From Candidatus Kapaibacterium sp. (GTDB lineage Bacteria; Bacteroidota; Ignavibacteria; Kapaibacteriales; UBA2268), in contig OY762428.1 in assembly GCA_963665665.1 (NCBI GenBank), positions 3,200,001 through 3,264,000 of the forward strand: 64,000 bases of DNA, read 5' to 3'. The notes beneath the pieces were generated by a model, which was not told the DNA's origin, ran no database searches, and was given only the letters and a program-made list of their open reading frames with translations. Positions 1 to 9,394 of the stretch are shown here, piece by piece. The position numbers were made by a program, and so were the translations under genes. Each line of letters opens with the position of its first letter. Positions within the stretch are counted from its first letter, which is position 1.

Positions 1-198
1 GATAATCTTATTGCCGACCTGACAGATAAACTAAATGTTACTTCCCTTGTTATTACGCATGATATGTTCTCGGTTGAAAAAATTGCTGATTCTGTTGTTA
101 TGCTGAATAATGGCAAAGTACATTTTCAGGGCAGTTATAAAGAACTGCAAAATACAGACAATAAGGTAATCCGTGAATTTATGGAACGCTACGAGTAG
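1..198 (+). CDS. ABC transporter ATP-binding protein (MlaF/Mkl-like), C-terminal fragment
   Basis: Frame 1 reads DNLIADLTDKLNVTSLVITHDMFSVEKIADSVVMLNNGKV...FMERYE*; H-loop ITHD; truncated by the window edge. Confidence 0.8.
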   Translation, partial: DNLIADLTDKLNVTSLVITHDMFSVEKIADSVVMLNNGKVHFQGSYKELQNTDNKVIREFMERYE

Positions 199-276
199 GG
201 ATTTGCAAAAGTCCGGCTTAGAATTTTTTACAGACATATAATATAAATGTTTTCTGAAAAAGAAATCAGGCATAAA

Positions 277-329
277 ACAGCCCCGTCGGCGCTGTATTTA
301 TCCTGGTACAAATATTCCTTCGGGGCTGT
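277..329. repeat. REP-like inverted repeat between convergent genes
   Basis: ACAGCCCCG(277-285)...CGGGGCTGT(321-329). Confidence 0.5.
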
Positions 330-341
330 AAATCAATAATA

Positions 342-1241
342 TTACTCGAAATTAAATTCTTCCTCCGCATCTTCTTTCAGAATGTACTCATCGAATAGTA
401 CATTAGTGTTCGGAAGGCATTTAATGATATTTGCAATTTTTTCAAATGGAATTTTGTTGTTCCTGATATTCAGAATTTTCAGGTTTTTCATTTCGCATAT
501 TCCGGGAGGCAGATCTTTCAGCCTGTTGTCTGACAGGTCCAGTTCCCAAAGTTTATCCAGCTTTCCAATCCCGTTGGGAATAGTTTTCAGCCTGTTTTCG
601 CTAAGGTCAAGCCAGTGGAGATTTTTTAGCAGGTAAATATTATCCGGAACACTTTTTATTCTGTTACCGGATATATCAATATGCTTCAGGCCGGGATAAC
701 TTAAAAGTCCCGAGGGGAATTCGTTGAAGCGGTTGTCCGCAAGGCTAAGATTTTCAATATCAGCGGGGATATCCGGTGGAAGGTTTTTTAGCTTTTGTTT
801 ATCGAAGTTTAGAATATTTTTTGCGTCCGGTGTATTTCTTTTGCTCATTCCGGAAAGTTGGTCTTCGATAGCTTTCAGGCTGTTCATTGCTGATTCAACG
901 GCTACCTGGCTACCGTCAGCCATAGATATCAGGTTGGAATACTGCTGCTTAGCTTCTTTCAGATATGCTTCGGCTTCCTCAAGCATTCCAATATCACGGA
1001 AAAGATAACCGAAAAATTCATTTGCAGCAGCTGTCCAGTATTTTCCTTCCCAGCTTTTCACGTTATTCAGAAGTTTACGCCCCTTGTTCAGGTAGTCAGC
1101 GGCTTTTTCGTAATGTCCGGCCTCGCGGTATGTGTTTCCAAGCTTCAGGTAGCGGGTGCCGAGCGATACATTATCCTCCGAAAAGGAAAGCAGCATCAAT
1201 GTTACGATAAATATAGTCAGTGTTTTTATAATATTTTTCAT
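342..1241 (-). CDS. Secreted TPR + leucine-rich-repeat protein
   Basis: Signal peptide; TPR-like LGNTYREAGHYEKAADYL; about six LxxLDLSxNxL repeats. Confidence 0.85.
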   Translation of the reverse strand: MKNIIKTLTIFIVTLMLLSFSEDNVSLGTRYLKLGNTYREAGHYEKAADYLNKGRKLLNNVKSWEGKYWTAAANEFFGYLFRDIGMLEEAEAYLKEAKQQYSNLISMADGSQVAVESAMNSLKAIEDQLSGMSKRNTPDAKNILNFDKQKLKNLPPDIPADIENLSLADNRFNEFPSGLLSYPGLKHIDISGNRIKSVPDNIYLLKNLHWLDLSENRLKTIPNGIGKLDKLWELDLSDNRLKDLPPGICEMKNLKILNIRNNKIPFEKIANIIKCLPNTNVLFDEYILKEDAEEEFNFE

Positions 1242-1243
1242 TT

Positions 1244-2356
1244 CTATCCTCTTATCCGATTAATAAGCTGTTTCCAGAAATTATACTTTACGCCGAGATT
1301 CAATGCAATATGTGTTCTGCCCACATTCAACGGGGGAATTCCAAGATTCTCGTGCCCTGTGCTGAATACCAGGTCGTCCTCGAAAGAGTGGTACAGCGAG
1401 AAACCAAGGGTGAATTCGAGTGGTACACGCCCCGCTGGCTGCCCGGCAAAATATCCGAAATCGAATTTAAGGCCTTTCCAGTCGAAACTGCCAAGATCAC
1501 GGTTGTAAATATTACCCTTGCCCCAGAAATAGCCGAGCCCTACCCTGAAACCGTCGTGATAATCACCACTGCCGAATATTGGTTTTATAGTGCTGCTGAG
1601 CCCCATGGAATTTATATGGCTTTCCCATTTTTCGCTTATGTTATCCCTTGTACCGGGAAAATAGGACAATGTTGTAATTTTAGGTGCGGAATATTCATAC
1701 CAGAAGTCAAGCCCGGGCCAGAATCCGAGAAGCTTATATGCATTTACGTTAAGCCTCAGGCTAAGCCAGGGATCGTTTTCAACCACGTTATCACCATTCG
1801 ATATAAACATGTTTTCACTAACAACCACCGACATAACAGTAATTTTTTCTTCTTCGGGCGCATTGTATTCTTCCTCGAGTCTTTTCAAGCGTTTATTGCA
1901 AAGCCTTTCACTTTCGTTGATCAGCCTTGCCTGCTCTTCAATGCAATTGTGCTTGATCTGCCAGCATGTATCAATATAATACTTAACGGTATCAGCCAGA
2001 AGTTTCCTGTAATAACTTGCCGGATGTTCCGGCAGGGATATTATCTGTTCTTCAAGTTTTTTTGAAATGAAGTGGTATCGTTTAATATATTTGATATCAA
2101 GATCCTCAAGCTGGTCGAAAGTAGGGGCTGAAAATTTTATTACAGGTTCATAACCAAGAAATACCAGCTGGTTCTTTAATTCCATGGCAGTGTTATAGTA
2201 ATCCATAATTAACTTTGTAAAAAGGCCCTCGCTGTCCTCGTAGAGTTCAAGTTCAGAATCAGGCGGGAGTGGCGGAGTTTCTACAACAGGTTCGGCAGCA
2301 TTTATCAGCCAGGCTGATAAAAAGCTTGTGATCAATATAAGGATAAGTTTTCTCAT
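1244..2356 (-). CDS. Secreted/outer-membrane hypothetical protein (helical N-terminus, beta-barrel-like C-terminus)
   Basis: Signal peptide; amphipathic beta-strands ending LNLGVKYNF; 2 bp from the LRR gene. Confidence 0.65.
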   Translation of the reverse strand: MRKLILILITSFLSAWLINAAEPVVETPPLPPDSELELYEDSEGLFTKLIMDYYNTAMELKNQLVFLGYEPVIKFSAPTFDQLEDLDIKYIKRYHFISKKLEEQIISLPEHPASYYRKLLADTVKYYIDTCWQIKHNCIEEQARLINESERLCNKRLKRLEEEYNAPEEEKITVMSVVVSENMFISNGDNVVENDPWLSLRLNVNAYKLLGFWPGLDFWYEYSAPKITTLSYFPGTRDNISEKWESHINSMGLSSTIKPIFGSGDYHDGFRVGLGYFWGKGNIYNRDLGSFDWKGLKFDFGYFAGQPAGRVPLEFTLGFSLYHSFEDDLVFSTGHENLGIPPLNVGRTHIALNLGVKYNFWKQLINRIRG

Positions 2357-2411
2357 TTTATCACCATTAAATTATGAAATTATTAATTTTCAATATCTTA
2401 GGGTGTTTTAT

Positions 2412-2428
2412 TGCAACAATTGTGCCAA
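2412..2428 (-). promoter_or_regulatory. sigma54 (-24/-12) promoter
   Basis: Minus strand reads TTGGCACAATTGTTGCA (TGGCAC-N5-TTGCA), about 55 nt upstream of the 2356 start. Confidence 0.7.
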
Positions 2429-2993
2429 TAGAAAGCACAATCAGTTATCTGTATTGATACGACCCGGAATACATGTTGGAATAATGAAGAACTGAGAGGT
2501 GCGAACTACATTTTGTGAATTCTGACAGAAAGTTTTATGGAAGAAAATCGAAGAAAAAAAGACAAATATTTCACCTTCGAAAAGCAAAATAGAAATATAT
2601 GTAACCATTGTGTGGTTGAAAAATAAAAAAAATTTGTGCTTATATTAAAAAAATTGCTTTGAATAAATATCTAATAAAAATTTAAGAATTTGCGAAAAAT
2701 AGTAATAGCCTTGGCGAAAAATAAAGATTGTTGTAACATAATATTGATTTATGCTGCTTATGTCTTTGTTAAATAATAAATATAGATAATATTGCCACAT
2801 TGAAATAGAATTTGCCGGGATAGAAACATTTGCAGAATATGTGTTAGGCAAGCCTAAATATACCATGATTTTAGGTTAGCAACACTTTGTTTACATAAAT
2901 TTCAAAAAAATTGCGTTTTCAGGGTCTCAGTCATATACTTGTACTCGCAAATTGAATTTTCGTAATCCACTCAGAGTTATTCGGAGATAGACA

Positions 2994-4220
2994 ATGTCAA
3001 CAAAACTTATCAGCCCACACGGAAGCCCGGAATTAATCGAATTGTTACTTTCCGGCGACGAACTTAAGGCAGAGCAGGAAAAAGCTGCCGGTTTAATGAA
3101 AGTAAACGTCACAAGCCGTGAAGCGGGTGACCTTATCATGCTTGGAATCGGTGGTTTTACACCTCTAACAGGCTTCATGGGTAAGGAAGACTGGAAGAGC
3201 GTATGCTCAGATATGAAAATGCCGAGCAAAGATGGTTTGTTCTGGCCGATCCCGGTTACTCTTTCAGTAACGAAAGAAGAAGCCGACAAAATGAACATTG
3301 GTGATGAAATCGCATTGTATTCAGAAGAATATGGCGAGATCATGGCAACAATGAAAGTTGAAGAAAAATACTCGATCGACAAAGAATTCGAATGTCAGCA
3401 TGTTTACAAAACAGCTGAAATGGAACACCCCGGTGTAAAAATGGTTATGGAACAAAAAGAAGTTAACCTGGCCGGCCCGGTTAAAGTTCTTTCCGAAGGC
3501 CCGTTCCCGACAGAATTCAAAGGTATCTATCAGAGGCCGAGCGAATCAAGAGCAGTTTTCGAGAAAAAAGGATGGAAAACAATCGCAGCTCTTCAGCTCA
3601 GAAACCCGATGCACCGCAGCCACGAATTCCTGGCAAAGATAGCTTTGGAAGTTTCAGACGGCCTTTATATTCACCAGCTGGTTGGTAAACTGAAACCAGG
3701 TGATATACCCGCAGACGTCAGGGTGAACTGTATAAATACCCTTGTTGATTACTATTTCGTAAAAGATTCAGTGCTTACAGGCGGTTATCCTCTGGATATG
3801 CGTTATGCAGGCCCGCGCGAAGGCCTTCTTCACGCTCTCTTCCGCCAGAACTTTGGCTGTACTCACATGATTATTGGCCGCGACCATGCCGGTGTTGGCA
3901 ACTATTACGGCCCGTTTGACGCACAGGATATTTTTGACGAGCTTTGGGAAGGCGCACTTCTTTGCAAGCCATTGAAAATTGACTGGACATTCTGGTGCTA
4001 CAAATGCGGCGGTATGGCTTCAATGAAAACCTGCCCGCACTCAAAAGAAGACAGGCTTCTGCTTTCCGGTACAATGCTGCGTAAAGGCCTTTCGGAAGGT
4101 GCAGATATTCCGGCAGAATTCAGCCGTCCTGAAGTACTCAAGATATTGAGGGAATACTATGGCGGACTGAAAGAAAAAGTTGAAGTGAAACTTCACCGCG
4201 GCGCCACAGGCGAAGGCTGA
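2994..4220 (+). CDS. sat: Dissimilatory sulfate adenylyltransferase
   Basis: [19 protein letters not shown] and GRDHAGVG motifs; Zn-site CYKC...CPH; upstream of aprBA. Confidence 0.97.
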   Translation: MSTKLISPHGSPELIELLLSGDELKAEQEKAAGLMKVNVTSREAGDLIMLGIGGFTPLTGFMGKEDWKSVCSDMKMPSKDGLFWPIPVTLSVTKEEADKMNIGDEIALYSEEYGEIMATMKVEEKYSIDKEFECQHVYKTAEMEHPGVKMVMEQKEVNLAGPVKVLSEGPFPTEFKGIYQRPSESRAVFEKKGWKTIAALQLRNPMHRSHEFLAKIALEVSDGLYIHQLVGKLKPGDIPADVRVNCINTLVDYYFVKDSVLTGGYPLDMRYAGPREGLLHALFRQNFGCTHMIIGRDHAGVGNYYGPFDAQDIFDELWEGALLCKPLKIDWTFWCYKCGGMASMKTCPHSKEDRLLLSGTMLRKGLSEGADIPAEFSRPEVLKILREYYGGLKEKVEVKLHRGATGEG

Positions 4221-4321
4221 TAGACTTTAGTAGTAAAGTTATAAACAGGAAATTAATTATATCCTGGCTATATAAATAATATTTCAATTAACCTAGTTAA
4301 ATCACAAACAGGAGAACAAAC

Positions 4322-4759
4322 ATGCCAAGTTATGTTATCCAGGAAAAATGCGACGGATGTAAAGCGCTTGACAAAACTGCATGCCAGTACATCTGCCCTA
4401 ATGACCTCATGGTACTTAACAAAGAAGCAATGAAGGCTTTCAATCTTGAGCCTGAAATGTGCTGGGAATGCTACAACTGCGTAAAAATTTGCCCTCAGCA
4501 GGCTATTGAAGTTCGCGGTTATGCAGACTTTATGCCCCTCGGTGGCGTAGTAACACCGATGAGAAGCTCCGATTCTATCATGTGGACAATTAAATTCCGT
4601 AATGGAACTCTTAAACGCTTCAAATTCCCGATCCGTACAACACCGGAAGGTTCTGCCGTTCCTAATGGCGGTTGGGATACTTGTAAAGAAGATGATGTAT
4701 CCAGCCCGTTCCTTTATACAGAGCCGGATTCACTTCGTACAGAGTTGTTCACGAAATAA
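4322..4759 (+). CDS. aprB: Adenylylsulfate reductase beta subunit
   Basis: MPSYV..CDGC..ACQYICP, CWECYNCVKIC, RGYADF, KRFKFPIRTT. Confidence 0.97.
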   Translation: MPSYVIQEKCDGCKALDKTACQYICPNDLMVLNKEAMKAFNLEPEMCWECYNCVKICPQQAIEVRGYADFMPLGGVVTPMRSSDSIMWTIKFRNGTLKRFKFPIRTTPEGSAVPNGGWDTCKEDDVSSPFLYTEPDSLRTELFTK

Positions 4760-4797
4760 TTGATTGTAATTAATTAAATAGATTAGGAGAAATTCAC

Positions 4798-6669
4798 ATG
4801 GCTAATTTCGAAACTGTAGAAGTCACCACTGATTTTCTAATCATTGGTGGTGGTATGTCAGCTTGCGGTGTTGCCGTTGAAGCAGCATACTGGGCAAAGA
4901 AACACAACCTTAAGGTTACAATGGTTGACAAAGCTGCTGTTGACCGCTCTGGCGCTGTTGCTATGGGCCTCTCAGCTATCAACCAGTACGTTGATCTGAA
5001 AAGTGGAAACAACACAATTAAAGATTATGTAGATTACGTTCGCAATGACCTCATGGGCATTACCCGTGAAGATCTCGTTGCTAATATCGCTCGTCACGTT
5101 GACGGTTCGGTTCACCTTTTTGAAAAATGGGGACTTCCGATCTGGACAGACGAAAATGGCGATTACGTTCATGAAGGCCGCTGGCAGCTCATGATCAATG
5201 GCGAATCATATAAAGTTATCGTTGCTGAAGCAGCTAAAAATGCTCTTGGTATCGAAAACATTTACGAAAGAGTATTTATCGTAGAACCTCTGATGGATGG
5301 CGACAAAGTTTCTGGCGCCGTTGGTTTCAGTGTTCGCGAAAATAAATTCTATGTATTCAAAGCCAAAGCCGTTTATATCGGTGCTGGTGGCGCTGTTCAC
5401 GTATTCAAACCAAGGTCAACTGGTGAAGGTCTCGGCCGTGCATGGTATCCGCCGTGGAACTCAGGTTCTTCAGCATACTTCACAATCAAAGCCGGTGCTG
5501 AAATGACATGTCAGGAAGTTCGTTTTATTCCTGTACGTTTCAAAGATGCTTATGGCCCGGTTGGTGCATGGTTCCTTCTCTTCAAATCAAGAGCTATTTC
5601 AGCTGTTGGCGGCGAGTACATGGCCGAAAGAAGAGACGAACTTGAAAAATGGCTTCCCTACGGTAAAGTTAAACCAATGCCTGCTAACTTGCGTAACTGG
5701 CTTGGTATGATGGATACTATGGAAGGTAAGGGTCCGGTTTATATGAAGACTGAAGAAGCTATCCAGAATATTGCAAATGCATACAAAGATGATCCTAAGG
5801 GATACAAGAAGAAAATGAAAGAACTTGAAGCCGAAGCATGGGAAGACTTCCTTGATATGACTATCTCCCAGGCTCTCCTTTGGGCTTCCACAGATATCTT
5901 CCCCGAAAAAGAACCATCAGAAATCGCAGCTGCAGAACCATACTTTATCGGTTCTCACTCCGGTGCTTCCGGCGCTTGGGTATCAGGCCCGAAAGACCTT
6001 GCTCCTGCAGAATATTTCTGGGGCTATCCGAACATGACAACAACTAAAGGCCTTTTTGCTGCCGGTGATGCTTCCGGTGCATCAAGCCATAAGTTCTCAT
6101 CAGGTTCACACGCTGAAGGCCGTATTGCCGGTAAAGGCGCTATCGAATACATCGTTAAAGAAAATCCGACTCACAACTATGACGATGCTGCTATCACAGC
6201 ACTGCAGGAAAAAATCCTGAAACCTTTGGATATTTACGAACAGTTTGGTAAAGAAACAACTGATCCTAACATCAACCCGAACTATATACGTCCGAAGATG
6301 TTTATGTTCCGTCTTCAGAAAATTATGGATGAATACGCAGGTGGTGTATCAGCTCAGTTCATGACTAACCAGTTCTTACTTGAAAAAGGCCTCCATCTTC
6401 TCAACTTCCTTAAAGAAGATGCAGAAAAACTCGCTGCTGAAGATATTCACGAACTCATGAGGGTTTGGGAAAATGTTCACAGGATGTGGCAGGCTGAAGC
6501 TCACGTTCGCACAATCCTCTTCCGCGACGAAACTCGCTGGCCGGGTTACTACTACAGAGCAGACAAACCCGAAATTAAAGAAGATTGGGAAAAATTCGTG
6601 AACCTGACTTATGATGAAAAAGAAGACAAATGGAATATGTTCACAAAAGACATCCATCACATCTTCTAA
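4798..6669 (+). CDS. aprA: Adenylylsulfate reductase alpha subunit
   Basis: RSGAVAMGLSAIN, WQLMINGESYK, HKFSSGSHAEGR, ETRWPGYYYRAD. Confidence 0.98.
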   Translation: MANFETVEVTTDFLIIGGGMSACGVAVEAAYWAKKHNLKVTMVDKAAVDRSGAVAMGLSAINQYVDLKSGNNTIKDYVDYVRNDLMGITREDLVANIARHVDGSVHLFEKWGLPIWTDENGDYVHEGRWQLMINGESYKVIVAEAAKNALGIENIYERVFIVEPLMDGDKVSGAVGFSVRENKFYVFKAKAVYIGAGGAVHVFKPRSTGEGLGRAWYPPWNSGSSAYFTIKAGAEMTCQEVRFIPVRFKDAYGPVGAWFLLFKSRAISAVGGEYMAERRDELEKWLPYGKVKPMPANLRNWLGMMDTMEGKGPVYMKTEEAIQNIANAYKDDPKGYKKKMKELEAEAWEDFLDMTISQALLWASTDIFPEKEPSEIAAAEPYFIGSHSGASGAWVSGPKDLAPAEYFWGYPNMTTTKGLFAAGDASGASSHKFSSGSHAEGRIAGKGAIEYIVKENPTHNYDDAAITALQEKILKPLDIYEQFGKETTDPNINPNYIRPKMFMFRLQKIMDEYAGGVSAQFMTNQFLLEKGLHLLNFLKEDAEKLAAEDIHELMRVWENVHRMWQAEAHVRTILFRDETRWPGYYYRADKPEIKEDWEKFVNLTYDEKEDKWNMFTKDIHHIF

Positions 6670-6685
6670 TTCACACGATTAATTT

Positions 6686-6716
6686 CGGCAATCCCGGGCA
6701 TTTGCCCGGGATGCCG
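6686..6716 (+). terminator. GC-rich stem-loop after aprA (terminator or mRNA stabiliser)
   Basis: CGGCAATCCCGGGCA-TT-TGCCCGGGATGCCG; no strong U-tract. Confidence 0.55.
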
Positions 6717-6765
6717 TAATATTTTAGCTCTTTGAATAATTTGATTACTTAATACGCGAGGAAAT

Positions 6766-6839
6766 AATACAAAATTCAGTCGCGATAGCCAGGTTAATTG
6801 AAATCATAGTAGTGATTAGCCGCGTCTGAATTTTGTATT
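6766..6839. repeat. Long inverted repeat / possible structured RNA
   Basis: Perfect 14-bp arms AATACAAAATTCAG / CTGAATTTTGTATT with inner CGCG pairing. Confidence 0.6.
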
Positions 6840-6964
6840 TGAACCCCGCAGAAATCCCTATACGAACCAGAAGCTATTTCTTATAAATGATTATGGCATG
6901 TTACTTATTTGTTTTAGTGTAATGGTTCTTCAAGGGTATCTGTAAATAAACGATAGGAATTGAA

Positions 6965-7234
6965 ATGGAAAAACTTATATGCAAGCATTGCGGCGCCGAA
7001 CTTAGCAAAGTTCTTATGCCCAAGGAATCCGACTGGGGGGTTGAATACTTCTTTATTTGTATGAATGATGAATGCTCCTATTTCGTAAGGGGTTGGGACT
7101 GGATGATGGAACGTTTCAGCGTAAAGTCATCCTACAGGTTCAAAATCGATCCTGAAACTGGTGCCTCAGGGCCCATTCCGGTTACATCCCCCGACGATAT
7201 GAAAAATTGGGTAGTACACAAATTTGAAGAATAG
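6965..7234 (+). CDS. Small Zn-ribbon-like hypothetical protein
   Basis: CKHC...CMNDEC; AGGA RBS; 5 bp from the next gene. Confidence 0.75.
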   Translation: MEKLICKHCGAELSKVLMPKESDWGVEYFFICMNDECSYFVRGWDWMMERFSVKSSYRFKIDPETGASGPIPVTSPDDMKNWVVHKFEE

Positions 7235-7239
7235 GAGTA

Positions 7240-8064
7240 ATGATGAAAAAACAATATGATATGAATGCAAAGAAGGCTTTACAGGAAAAAATTCTTGAAG
7301 ATTTTCCCAGAATGAAAAAAACTGACAAGTTTCGGTTTGCCTGCAATCCTTCTGTTGAATGCTTTAATAAATGCTGTAATGATGTTAATATTTTTCTTAC
7401 CCCTTATGATATTATCAGGCTTAAAAACAGGCTTGGTATATCATCAACTGAATTTTTAAGAAAATATACTCTTCTTCCGCTTGATGAAAATCTTCAGCAT
7501 CCGGTGGTTATGTTCAGAATGCAGGACGACACACTGAATTGCCATTTTGTTTCGGACAAAGGCTGCACAGTGTATGAAGACAGGCCCTGGGCCTGCCGTA
7601 TGTTCCCCGTTGGTATTGCATCGCCGAAGGATGGTAATGAAGATCTGGACGAGGAATTCTATTTTCTGCTGAAGGAAGATGTCTGCCAGGGATTCGACCA
7701 GGGGAAAGAATGGACTATTGAAGAATGGATGAATGACCAGCAGGTTGAGGATTATATAGAAATCGGCGACCTTTTTAAAGAAATATCATTACACGAGAGG
7801 TTCAGGAGCAAACGCCCCATGGAACCCGTTAAACTGGAAATGTTCTACACCGTCTGCTACGATATTGATAAGTTCAGGGATTTGGTATTTAACAGCACGT
7901 TTTTTAAGAGATTCAAAGTTAGCGGCGAGATGAAAGATAAGATGATGAACGACGACGTGGAACTGCTCAGGTACGGTTTTAAATTCCTCAGGTTCAGCCT
8001 TTTTGGCGAAAAAACGCTTGACCTGCAGGATGAGTACCAAAAGAAAGTGATGAACGAGAAATAA
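7240..8064 (+). CDS. YkgJ/UPF0153 family cysteine-cluster protein
   Basis: C-x5-CFNKCC and CHF...GCTVYEDRPWACRMFP motifs. Confidence 0.85.
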   Translation: MMKKQYDMNAKKALQEKILEDFPRMKKTDKFRFACNPSVECFNKCCNDVNIFLTPYDIIRLKNRLGISSTEFLRKYTLLPLDENLQHPVVMFRMQDDTLNCHFVSDKGCTVYEDRPWACRMFPVGIASPKDGNEDLDEEFYFLLKEDVCQGFDQGKEWTIEEWMNDQQVEDYIEIGDLFKEISLHERFRSKRPMEPVKLEMFYTVCYDIDKFRDLVFNSTFFKRFKVSGEMKDKMMNDDVELLRYGFKFLRFSLFGEKTLDLQDEYQKKVMNEK

Positions 8065-8096
8065 AAACCTTTATAAATTTTTAAAGGGACAATAAA

Positions 8097-9368
8097 TTGA
8101 GCGAAAGAAAAAACGTCGGAACAGACCTTGAATTTATCAGGTATCTGAAGGAACATGGCGGCGAAACAATGAAAAAGTGCTATCAATGCGCTACTTGTTC
8201 CGTTGTATGTGAACTTTCACCAAAAGAATACGCTTTTCCGAGAAAAGAAATGATCCAGGCTGCCTGGGGACAAAAGGAAAAACTAATTTCCGACCCGGAC
8301 ATCTGGCTATGCCATGGCTGTATGGATTGCAGCCAGCAGTGCCCGCGCGGTGCAAGGCCGGCCGATTTGATGTCGGCGCTGCGCTCTTATATCTATCGTT
8401 TTTATGCAATACCATCATTTATGGGTAAAGCATTATCATCACCAAAATATCTTCCGGCATTATTTTTTATACCGGTAATTCTTATATTTATACTGATGAT
8501 GATAACCCAGGGTGGTAATCTGTCCAATATTGATATGAGCATACATCAGTTCAAGTACATGGACTTTATTGCTCACGGGCCAATTGAAATACTTTTCATT
8601 GCAGGTAATTTGCTGATTTTTGCCCTGGCTTTCATGGGGTTTAAAAATTATTGGGACGATTTGAGCAAGAGCTATAACAAACCCGCCGAAAAGCCTTTTT
8701 TGGCTTCAGCGTGGCAGGTATTTGTTGATTTCATGCTGCACCGTAAATTCAGTAAATGCCCGACAAATTCAAACAGGCACATGGGGCATTTGTTTGTATT
8801 CTATGGTTTTATGGGCGCTTTAATTGCCACAGCTATTGTGGTTGTAGATCTCTTCGGGCACAAACTTGGAATCTTACCTAAGTTTTTGCCGGAGCATATG
8901 AACCTGCCTTTCCATCTGCTCGGAACATTCGACCCTTCGAATACCGGGAGCCTGATAGAAATGGCCGGATTGATTACCAAACTTATAGGGGTTGCAGGCG
9001 GATTTGGCATGGTGATCGGCGGGCTGATGCTGATTGTCAAAAGATATAACACTCCCGAGAGAGAAGCAAAATCTGCTTATTCAGATATGCTTTTCCTCTG
9101 GATACTATGGCTTGTTGCTGCAACAGGTATGCTTTGCGTTGTATTCAGGCTGGTTGATCTGCCGGCAGCAGGATACCCGATATATTTCGTTCACCTTGTT
9201 CTTGTATATTTCTTATTATGGTACATGCCGTATTCAAAGTTCGCGCACATGATTTACAGGTTTATCGGCCTTACATTCCTGAAGATGCACGGACGCGAGA
9301 ACAGGCCAGAAGTATTTTCACCTAAAGGTTTTAAAAATGTAGTTACTAAGCAAGTAACAGTTTCATGA
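8097..9368 (+). CDS. qmoC: Quinone-interacting membrane-bound oxidoreductase subunit C
   Basis: HdrC-like CYQCATCSVVC..FPRKEM..WG..CHGCMDCSQQCPRGA followed by a heme b membrane domain ending PYSKFAH; TTG start. Confidence 0.93.
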   Translation: MSERKNVGTDLEFIRYLKEHGGETMKKCYQCATCSVVCELSPKEYAFPRKEMIQAAWGQKEKLISDPDIWLCHGCMDCSQQCPRGARPADLMSALRSYIYRFYAIPSFMGKALSSPKYLPALFFIPVILIFILMMITQGGNLSNIDMSIHQFKYMDFIAHGPIEILFIAGNLLIFALAFMGFKNYWDDLSKSYNKPAEKPFLASAWQVFVDFMLHRKFSKCPTNSNRHMGHLFVFYGFMGALIATAIVVVDLFGHKLGILPKFLPEHMNLPFHLLGTFDPSNTGSLIEMAGLITKLIGVAGGFGMVIGGLMLIVKRYNTPEREAKSAYSDMLFLWILWLVAATGMLCVVFRLVDLPAAGYPIYFVHLVLVYFLLWYMPYSKFAHMIYRFIGLTFLKMHGRENRPEVFSPKGFKNVVTKQVTVS

Positions 9369-9394
9369 TCTTATCATTCAAATTATAAGGAGCT

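Noticed and set aside
2841-2885. Imperfect inverted repeat upstream of sat
   Set aside because: Arms need gaps to pair and the region is very AT-rich; could be chance
6894-6908. sigma54 promoter TGGCATGTTACTTAT before the Zn-ribbon gene
   Set aside because: The -12 element lacks the conserved G; too weak to call
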